Positions 54,301 through 64,000 of a stretch of 64,000 nt of DNA are shown here, in pieces. The notes beneath the pieces are model-generated. The model was not told the origin of the DNA. It did no database searches and was given only the letters and a program-made list of their open reading frames with translations. The DNA comes from Thalia democratica (Eukaryota). The DNA lies in the NCBI GenBank assembly GCA_965202585.1, contig OZ241832.1, forward strand, positions 38,936,001 through 39,000,000, read 5' to 3'. Made by a program: the position numbers and the translations under genes. Position 1 is the stretch's first letter, and each line of letters opens with the position of its first letter.

Positions 54301-57300
54301 TTTCTTCAAGTCCCCACGCCAACAAATTTTCCATGTCTTCAGGAGTTAACATGCGGCCATAGGTAATAAACTGACCTAACAACTCCTATAAACATTAATG
54401 GTTTAAGAGTACATAAAAAAATTATCTGTTTTCTAAATAAAGTAAAAAATACGAATTCAATAATATTAATTAAAATAATCTTATACTCTATACAAACTTT
54501 TTGGTCGTCAGCCCACAAGTTCGAATAGATCATAAACTCCTGAGAATATTCATAAGCCTTTGACAAAGTTGTATTGATTCTTTTCATCAGAGCTGATTTC
54601 ACTTCTCCAAGGATGTCTGATGCTACCATGTCAGGCTGAATGCAAAATAAAATCAAGTTGTTGAAATAAATAAATAACCTACTTTTATAAAAAGATTGAC
54701 CAGATGTGTTACTTTGCGTACTTATTTTTAGAGAAAAAGACATTGCTAAAATACACAAATGAAGTACTTATGGTTTAAGGACAAACTTATTTAAATGTTT
54801 TATATAACTGCATTTTATACAAAAATTAAATAGTTAAACCTAAAGCTGAAGGTATTTACAATAAAATAAATTAAATTTTAAAACTAAAATTTCATTAATT
54901 TGAAAACAAAAAAGTTGAAATAAAACCAAACACTTATCAAATATAAAGTAGGCATAATAAACAAAAATATATAACTTTTCAAAGATTATATTTGAAACAA
55001 TTACTTGTAAACCAATACATAAAGAACATGTTGAAGATTCAACTTAAAAGAATACTTACAAGGTAGTTGACACGATCTGTACTGACAGAAACTCGTTCTA
55101 TTAGTGAGCTCATTTCAAATATATCTTTCAGCAGACTTTCAACGAGGGAAACGAAACTGTTCGGAGCATGAGCGTCTATTGACGGATTGAACACCATGTT
55201 GAAATCAGTCAACGTCAAATCAGTTAAAAAGAGCGGTTGTACGTGACTCTGGATAAAATAGTTAAAACTGTATATAACTTTATAATTTAGAATTAAGTTT
55301 TCTAAAAATTTTTGGTTTTAAACAAAAAATATAGAACTTTTTGATAAATTTGGTGTGTAACGTTTTACTTGTAGTTGAAAAGTATTTCACATGTTTAATA
55401 AATATACATAATAAACACATAATACAAGATGATAAGAACTGTTTTTATAAGCTGCGAAAGCAGCAAAATTGTAAACAGTTTAAAAAAAAAATTTTAATTA
55501 GCTTTCAAAACAGTTTTATAGCATTAATGCATGTAAAGAAACACTTTGAATGTATGTACAAAACATGTATATAAGGTTTGATGAAAAAATACAACCAGTC
55601 GTGAATTTAGATGTTTAATTTTTCTAAAGCCTAGCATAGTGGGATAGTTAAACAGTTTGAAATTTTAATTTGTTAAATAAACTTAAGTAAATTGAAAATA
55701 TATAGTATAATTTGGCGTACTTCGGTGTTATCCATAAAGTACACCATTGAAGTGTAAATGCAATTGTGAAAGCCTTTTACTAGTAGAACATCTACGTAGG
55801 CAAGATACGCTTTCCAATTGACATTTTGTTCGTCCGTGCGAAACAGCTTCAAGTTTTCCTATAAAGTAGAAATTTAAATAGTAATATGAACAAAAAGTGA
55901 GATAATCATACTTAACCTACCTTAACCAAGTTATGTATTCGATTTCCATCTTCAGTGATAACTGCATACTTTTTAGTTATAGCTAGTTGTCGTCCGTCTA
56001 GGTCCAACAAATTAAGAGACTGACCAACTGCTTTCCTTTCAAACAGTGGCGTTTTGGCCCATTCCTGTAAATTAAAAGCATTTCATAGCGATTTATTATA
56101 TATGAAAACATTAAATAGATACAGGACAGAAATAGTCAAACTTTACAGATTGTATAAATAGAAAATATATGTAAGCTAATTTACGTCCATAATTCCTTTA
56201 ATTGTGTCAACGTTATCATGGATCATTTGAACTCTTCTGTCCAAGTCTTCAGTCGCCTCACGAACACATTGTATGTATTCCCACATGTCTGGTAATTAAG
56301 TTTGATGTTTGAAAAAGATTATATTTTTTAAACTATAGCTTCCGCTTTAAGTACAATTTAAAAAAAAAACTTTTAAAGTATAAACTTAAATTAAAAAGCT
56401 AAATTAACAACTTGTATGCCTGTTAAGGACATTTTTCCTAAACTTTAAAGAAGTTTATACTAACTATTTTCGCTTTTAAAAAAGAAATATACCTTTAAGA
56501 GCTTTATTAGTCATCATGTATAAAAAAATACTATTTTATTTAAAGAAAAAAACCATCAGCAGAAATAAGCTAACGCTTAAAACTAGTTTTTTTAAAGAAT
56601 ACGAATAAACTTAAAAAGTTACTTAAGTTTTTTTTCTACAAAGACCAATTCTTCTAATCTGATAAATAAAATAGTATAGTATTAAAAATATCAATAAATA
56701 GTTAAATTTTAGCTTGTATCTTTTTATTTATAAAACTTTATAAACTCCGCAATTTACGTAGTGAAACACACCCACCTGACTTAGCGTATGTTCTAGAATC
56801 TTCGTTTTCGTCGTAATTCCAAGGACCAGGCGGTTCGGGTGTAGAAGAGTTGCTGGTTGTTCCGCTACTGCTACCTTCATCGCTTTTTCCGCTGGCTGAC
56901 TGGTGAGAAGCTTGCGACTTGTCCTCCTCCTCTTCTTTTATAGTGGAATTTTCGTGCAACACCTGGCTGGGTTCGTTCATCATGTCCATCATGATGCTCT
57001 TGACGTCGCTGATCGACTCATCCTTCACCACTATTTCTTCCTTCTCTTCTTCAGGTTCCGGTGTAGACGGCACTCCATCTGTGAGATAATTTTAGTTGAA
57101 AAAGAAGAAAAAAGTTAATTTTGTTTAACAAAGTAATTTCTTTGGCTAAACATCATTTAATTAATTGTTATGCTTCCAGGTGTTTAGCTATACTTTTATA
57201 ATTACAGCAACAGTGATATAGATTTATCTTACTATATATAATCTACATTCAACAAACTTTTGTTATATAAGAACATTGTATTCTTTTTACAGCTCAAAGC

Positions 57301-60300
57301 ATACAACTTCATCTTAAGCCCTTTAATTTACATTTATTAATAATAAATATTACTTAAGGTCATAGGGTATTCTTTTTTTTTTTTTTCAAAGTACTTTTTA
57401 GATATAAGGGATCAAAATTGATGAGTTCAATAAGTCCCGTAAAAAGGTTAAGACACAAAAAAAACCTGTTTTTTCATGTATTTTCTAATCAATCTACCTC
57501 AAATATGTACACTTAAGGGCATAGGGGTGTTCACCTTGATTTTTACAAGTTGATCTCATTTTACAGAGTACAAACTACAAGCCAGTTTTTATAGAATTTA
57601 AAAATCTAACTAACTTTAACTTTTGAGATATTGTAATTTTTGTAAAAAATTTCCGGTACAAACGTATGAACCGCAAACATTTAATTATCAATTTTTTCCA
57701 AAATTTAAATATTTACTAAAAATTTATCTTCTTAATATTATTAGCTAGAGACCTTAAATTTTTAGTAAATATTTCTTATAGTTTACAAGAAATAAATAAT
57801 AGAATTTTTTAAATGTTAAAAGTTAAAACATTAGATTTATTACTAAAATGGTTTACTAGAAAGTACTAAAATATTTATATTGTAGTAATAAATTATTATT
57901 GAAAAATATATTATGAAGATAAATTCTTTTGTTTAAAAAGTAGATAAAAACTTATAACAAATCAAATAGGAAGCTAAAGTATACAAATTGGTTTTAAAAC
58001 ACAACAAAAAATTGTATATAATTTTTAGAGTAAAACCTTCTTCCCAGTTGAGCTGATTTTCTGCAACCTTCAATATTTCGTCCAATTTGTCAAACTGGTC
58101 TTGCACTAAAGGAAGTTCAACTTTCAGCAAACTTTTCCGTGTCTGATTTATAAGAAAAATATTTTAAATATGATTTATTAAACTCATTCGAAATTTAAAT
58201 TTAAGATTTTCCTTTACACGGTAAAAGTTATAAAGAGTTATATATTTCAATACATTAGCACTTTTACGTACTCTGTTGTAGCTCTCAGATACTAAATCAA
58301 GGTAGTTGTTGAAAATTATGTACTTTTCAACTTTAGCATAAAGTTTAGTAGCAACTTCCGGTAAATTTTCTCGTTCTAACGCTAGTAAATGCTTAACTTC
58401 TTTTAAGACTGCTACAAGCTGAAAAATTATAGATTTTTTGTTTTTAAGTGAAGAAAAAATATTCATGAAAGATTAAACTTAATTTTGAATTAAAACTATT
58501 TTTATAAAATAATTTTTTGAACATGTTATTAAAGATTTTTTGTCAACTAAAAGTGCATTTACTAGGAAACTCATAATAAAGAGTAGCTTTACAAATTAAA
58601 ACAATATAGAGTTTAATTACCATTATAAACTAGTTTTTTTAATAACCTTCAGTTAATCTACATATTTTGAAATACAATTGTAAAATTTTACACCATAAAT
58701 TCTAAATGTATAATGGAAATCTTTGTTTATAATTGTTCAAAGAACCAACTATTAAAAAAAATACTTGTTTTTGATTTTTCAAATAGTTTATAAAACTATT
58801 TAAAAATAAATAATTTTTTTAATTTACTTTAAGTATATAACATTAAAAATAACAAATAGTTATAAAAAACTAAAAAAAAAAATTACAACAATTTCTTATG
58901 GTTTAATTTGTATCAAATTATTCACAAAAATATTGAATATTAAAGTTACTATAGTACTGTTTAAAATATAATTGAGAAGTTTAAAAAACATAAACTACTT
59001 TTGGATTAAAGTTGGTTCTTATTTTAGAGCGTGAATCCCTCTTGATCAGATTTTCAGCCAAGCTGACTTCGCAAGCCTTGTCAATTTCGTTAACCCACTG
59101 TTTATAAACTCGTTCACGAAATCTGTAAACAAGCTCCGTACAAATAGTTCGAACTAAAAATACAAATATCTTACTATTAAGCAAAGGATTTTAGGAAGCG
59201 TGACAAAAATTTTTTTTTTTTTAATTTAAAACCGTAAGCAGTGTAAAAGACATAAATGAGGTAAGGCATTTTTTTTACAAGTTCGCTTTATTGTGCTGGT
59301 ATTCGACTAAGTTACTTGTTATTTTTATTAAACGTTTTTAAACTTTTAAAAAATGTTTTGAGATATAAAGATACAAAATTCATAAGGTTCATTGCGGAAG
59401 AGCAAAACAAATAGGTTAAAATGACTATTTTATTAAAATTATGTTTTCTCCTAATACAGTTTTAAAGCAATCGTTTTCAAACTTTACCAGTCTATTCTTA
59501 TACTGGAAACTATTCAACTACGATTTTAGACTTTGTTTTAACAAAAAAAAAATATTATAATGTTGAATAATCTTACTAAAACTATATAGATACGTAAAAT
59601 AGACTTTTAATAATACGTAAAAATGTTTTTTTTTTTAATTAGCCATGAAAAAATTTGTTCTATTCGTTTGTATGGTAAACTATTTACAAAACTAACTATA
59701 TCACATAAATAAGAAGATACTTTCATAGAATTTTTGGGTTTTATGTTATTTTTGTGATATAGTCAGCTTTGTAAAAATCTATGGTTTATACTTGATCGGT
59801 ATTAATAAGAATAAATTTTAACTTAAAATAAAAAAATCTTTGACCTCGTCTTGTGACTTTAAAGAAGGAAAAAACTCTAATTTATAAAACTAAGATTATA
59901 AAAACAATAAACGAAAATCTTTAAATAAAAAACTACTATTGTTTCAATTTAGTTAACTTAAATTTTTAAACTGATTATTAAAGCAAGCTATAATCTAATA
60001 AAAATAAAGTTTAAAACATCAAAAATCTGTTGAAATTCTATAATATTAATGGTTTTAAATATAAGTATTTTCGATATACTAACTAACTTGTAGCTTAGCA
60101 GAATAAAAACAGTTTTTTTAAATATAAGCTTACTGGGAAATTAATTCCAACAACTGGTCTTTCTTTGTGATTAGGGAGGCAAACTCATCACTTTCGAACG
60201 ACCTTGATTATAAAAAGTATTTATTTAAAAACAGAATTGCTTCAATTACAAAAAATGCATAAGTAAAACTAACGGATGATGATATATTTTGAACCATTCT

Positions 60301-63300
60301 AGGGGCCATGTGATTCTGTTGACGAGTTCTGAACAGAATTTCAGCTCACCAGAGACAGGAGGCATGTTTTTGTGAATGCATGGCCGGTAAGGATTAGGAC
60401 GCCCTTCGTGCTGTTAATAAAAAGTATTACTTCTCTATCTTATTTTATAAAATAAAATTCCTTGTACAAGCTTTCATATAGAAGCAAGCATGAAGAGTAA
60501 GAGAGTTTAACAACTTTAATTACTTACTTGGTTATGGTGGTCTTTGACGTGTCTATCAAAAACTAATTTGCAGTTTTCAATCTCTTCAGCATACATATCA
60601 ACCAGAGTTTTATAGTTTTGATCAAAATCTCGCTTGATAATTGGCCTCTCAACCAATGTTCCCAGAATATTCAAAAACTATAAAAAGTAGTTGTATTTGT
60701 TTTACTTCTATATTACGATTACTTTACCAAAAGACAGACTGAGATCACAAATAGTATATCATAAATACATTAAACAAGCTATTTTGTTTTAAGATTTCTT
60801 ATAAACAGTACTTTTGACATATATTTATATTATTGCGTATATTTGTTACTTTTTTTAATATCTTATATCAATTTTAACATCAAATTATGCTCACTCTAAA
60901 ACATTGCATGAGGGAGGTGCAATCTTCAAAGGCTTTGGTGAGCAAAGCGGACAGTTGACGCTCGTAATCAGAAGCTGTCTGATTGAAACCAACTAACGCG
61001 TCTTCTAATCCCTAAACAGTTTTTATAGTATTTAAATTAACTTGAGACAAACTAAACTGTTAGACACACTTATGCAGCTAAAAAAGGTAAAAGTAAAACA
61101 ATGAATTAAAATAAGCTACCTGATCGTCGGGTTCAGTAGGGTTGTATGTAACCTCGCTAAACTTGTTGTAAACGTCTCTGAATTGTTCAAATATAGCCAA
61201 AGTTCTGGTGCTGCATAATCTTCCGCGCAAACCACCAAACTCTACTTTCTCTAGCTTGAAAAACTCACTGGAACGATGAAAAAAGCTCTGTAAATTTCAA
61301 ATATTTTGTTTATAAATGCATATTTAACTTTTATAAAAGCGTAAAATTTGTGACCAACATTACCTTTAGTTTATTAACACGCTTGATAAACTGATCCAAT
61401 CTTTCAAAAACCATAAAAGGTGGTATAGCTAAAGTCTTCACATCTGGGTTCTAAACAAAAAAATAAGTAGAAAAAATAAAATAAACAACTCCAACAACTT
61501 CTAAATAAACTATTTATAATTATCGTTTAAATTACTTACTAAATCTTAAATTTGAAAAGGAATAAACTAACTTCCTCGGCTTCCTTCGCAATATTACTTT
61601 TAAACTCTTTGAAACCGCATTTAAACTGCTGACATATTTTAAACACTTCAACACACATCGGAAGAGCTTCTTCAGCCTCCATTCTCAAAATGTCTTCACC
61701 TCCCAGATGGCTTTGAGCCTAAAATTTATTTAAAAAAAAACTAATTTATAAAACAATATTTATTATTTTTAATTTCGAATTAGATTAATTTCAATTCAAT
61801 TGATAAAGACCTGAAGATCCCAATTTTGGGTGAAACGTCGTTGTCTTTTTGTAAAACAAAATTGTTATTAGTATTGTCTCCAAAAAATCAAATAATAGTT
61901 TGTCGAGACTTTTTGTGTTAAAAAAATATTCTTCACACACACCTAACTTAAGTATAATAATATTATTATAGATATATTAAAGTAGTATAATTAATTAAGG
62001 AAGACTCTACTCACAATATCTATCACTTGATTAAACACTTGACGTAACAAGATCACCATTTTCGAAGGAGTACTATAGTATTTGGAGCTTTTCCATACTA
62101 GCGCTATGGTATGAAAAAGTGGTTTGATGAAATGTGACATCTGTTTATTTCGAAAATAATAACAGTTTAAAACACTCATATTTTACACAATAAAAATAAA
62201 CACTTAAATATGAAACTTCGTTTGTACCTTTTTAACATTATTATTATGATTTTTATTTTTATCAAGCTAATTAGTACAAGTATATAGAAATCCTTTATTG
62301 TGTCATTATAATAAAATAATTATGCCGTAAAAACAAGACTAAAAAAGAATTTTGAACTAAAATCACGTATAATTTAAAATTTTATTATCATAATAAACCG
62401 TATAAAAAACATTTAGTTTGACACAATGAAAGCCAACTCATACTTTTAAAAATACACCCTGTTTACTTAATTAGAAATTTACTTTGTTCGCAACAATTCA
62501 TCGTAAAATTTAAGAATGCATAAAATGTAAAATATCACTTTTTAAATAACCAGTATATTTTTTCTAAAATAAGAAATAATTGCTGCTGTGTAATTCATAA
62601 AAAGTACCTGGGAAAACTCATTGTTGTCAAGATTACCAATTGGGCCGTTCAGAGGTGTCAAGTATAACTTTATATCTGCTGCTTCTTCAAGAGCTATGTT
62701 TTTAACATGTTTAGGAAAGAAAATACAAATTTTATTTATTACTTTTTAATTTGTAAAATCAGCTTGAAAAATCTATCAAAAAACAATGAAGTAATCTTCA
62801 TTTAAATTAAAGTTATCAAATATGCCTAATTTTGTTGTCATTTTCTTGTTAGTAAATATTTATAATAAAAACATAATACAGTGTTTTTAAGGGTTTATAT
62901 GAGCGTTTAATAATCTTGAAATTGCTATAAAATATTTCTTTGTAAGACATTAAACACTATTTACCTAAGCTAACTTTACCAACAAGATCTTGTAGCGCTG
63001 CATAGTAAGTACTGCCTACTTGCATTAACACTGAAGACATCTTTTTCACCTGCTTCTTGTTAAGCTAAAAGTAAAAAATATTCAAAACTTGGTTCAATGA
63101 CTAATTTAATTTAAAAACTACATAAAGTATGTAAACATTAGAATTATTGGTAGTAACTTAGTTGATGTTACTTTGAGTAGTGTTTGAATTGAACTAATTC
63201 TAATACGACTAAAAAGATCAACGCAATATTCGTTAATTTATTAATTATTATTAAAATAACTTACAGAAAGAAAATAGGTTGTAAAAATCATAAATATTGT

Positions 63301-64000
63301 AATTAAGTTTCAGCTTAGCATACCAAAAAATAAATAAAAACTAAAATTTATCTCAATAAATCTAAATAATAAACAATAAGAATAATTCATTAATAGTTAT
63401 TATATTTTTATTAAAACATTTTTTTATAAAACAGTACATATGAAGAGAAAAGTCATTTTTATTTAATAAATTATTTTATTAAAAACACTATGTATAATGT
63501 TCTATACTGATTTTATGCTCTTTTTATATAGCTATATAGTATTTAGTTTCACACATTAAGTACTCTAGAGCCTTTTATTAATAAACAATTTTAGGTCCAT
63601 AAACTACAGATTTATAAGAAAATACTCACTTGTTCATGAATAAACTGAAGGTTTTTGTATCTCTGATCCCAAAACTGAATTTCAGCAGAAGGAAGTGGGT
63701 TAAATCCATTTTCAAAAACACTTGAAGAATCTTCTTTGATGACATCTCGAATTAAATGACTCCAGTCAACTACAGCACCTTCGATTGAATGAATAAGAGC
63801 TCGATTTCTAAAATTTTACAAATTTATTTATTTAATTTTTCTTTAGTATCAAATTTTAAGTGTATAATTTTACAGAAGTTTTTAAAAACTTTTTTTAATG
63901 TATATTATACTAATTTTGAGATACCTTTTAAACCATTTAAAAAGTGCAGTTGTGCACGTTGCAAAGTAGCTTTTGTCTAGTCCTTTTATTATCGGTTTGT
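24385..64000 (-). CDS. DNAH9/11/17: Axonemal outer-arm dynein heavy chain, beta type (ancestral to vertebrate DNAH9/11/17). About 83 exons in the window, last secure 5' exon 63630-63807, N-terminus outside the window, stop at 24385-24387
   Basis: Continuous hand-spliced frame from the tail ([14 protein letters not shown]) through the linker ([14 protein letters not shown]), AAA1 [29 protein letters not shown]2 [11 protein letters not shown]3 [11 protein letters not shown]4 GVGGSGKQS, stalk/MTBD, AAA5, AAA6 and the C-terminus [22 protein letters not shown]. The junctions I checked are GT-AG. Confidence 0.97.
25258..27935 (-). mobile_element. Decayed Ac/Tam3-type hAT transposon in the last dynein intron, 8-bp TSD GTAAAAAG
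   Basis: TIR TAGTGATCTACCGAATCCAA at both ends. GTAAAAAG at 25250-57 and 27936-43. ~36-bp GGATTCGG/CCGAATC subterminal repeats. Minus-strand transposase relics EGEHTG (~26505-26545), [19 protein letters not shown] (~26335-26390) and [10 protein letters not shown] (~25362-25390). Confidence 0.9.
25433..26036. mobile_element. MITE-like insertion nested in the hAT relic, itself containing a ~124-bp TAGTGAT-type MITE (25840-25963)
   Basis: GTATAGAA direct repeat at 25425-32 and 26037-44. Right end GTTGCCCACCCCTA; CGGCCCG repeats at left. Inner AAGTGATCAACCG...CTGGTAAATCACTA. Confidence 0.6.
56776..57078 (-). CDS. Extra in-frame exon of the dynein gene (303 nt, or 321 nt with the donor at 56757) encoding an acidic/Ser-rich insert
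   Basis: Pyrimidine-rich acceptor ..TTTTTTCTTCTTTTTCAACTAAATTATCTCACAG; donors CAG|GTGGGT or TAC|GTAAAT; phase 1 at both ends; open frame [15 protein letters not shown]...[20 protein letters not shown]. Confidence 0.7.
57358..57753. mobile_element. Possible TTAA-targeting (Kolobok/piggyBac-like) non-autonomous relic
   Basis: TTAA|GGTCATAGGG start, a second TTAA|GGGCATAGGGG at ~57514, and ..GACC|TTAA at 57750-57. Similar starts at ~6550 and ~14130. TIR match is weak. Confidence 0.3.

Noticed and set aside
61120-61290. Possible frameshift/pseudogenisation in a dynein exon
   Set aside because: Re-reading gives a continuous frame ([21 protein letters not shown]); no disabling lesion was found in the exons checked.
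61810-61950. Possible additional dynein exon
   Set aside because: The flanking exons join in phase (VIDI|AQSHL) and the segment has no convincing coding pattern.
28393-63980. Many short plus-strand ORFs and extended minus-strand ORFs in the track
   Set aside because: They are antisense shadows of dynein exons or exon frames running into AT-rich introns, with no independent homology.
10350-64000. Functional clustering of motor-related genes (kinesin adaptor FEZ near a dynein)
   Set aside because: The dynein is axonemal and FEZ acts in cytoplasmic kinesin-1 transport, NELFCD lies between them, and there is no sequence evidence of co-regulation.

Overview
Very AT-rich, intron-rich animal DNA with a cnidarian (Hydra-like) appearance; the taxon is an inference from composition and TE content. 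There are three host genes: an intronless FEZ/UNC-76 CDS (+, 10350-11540), a 15-exon NELF-C/D gene (+, 13702-~23537) and a convergent axonemal outer-arm beta-type dynein heavy chain gene (-, about 83 exons read by hand, 24385 to beyond the window end). The first 10 kb and several introns hold transposon material: a spliced Mutator/Foldback(NOF)-like transposase fragment, a 168-bp tandem array, several CAGGGTT-ended hAT-like elements with 6-bp target duplications (often nested in each other), and a triple-nested Ac-type hAT. Two features stand out. (1) A complete type I hammerhead ribozyme with a palindromic minimal stem III (Penelope-like element type) sits inside a 237-bp fold-back element between FEZ and NELFCD. 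(2) An extra, frame-symmetric ~101-codon acidic/Ser-rich exon is inserted in the dynein tail where homologues, as I recall them, are contiguous.
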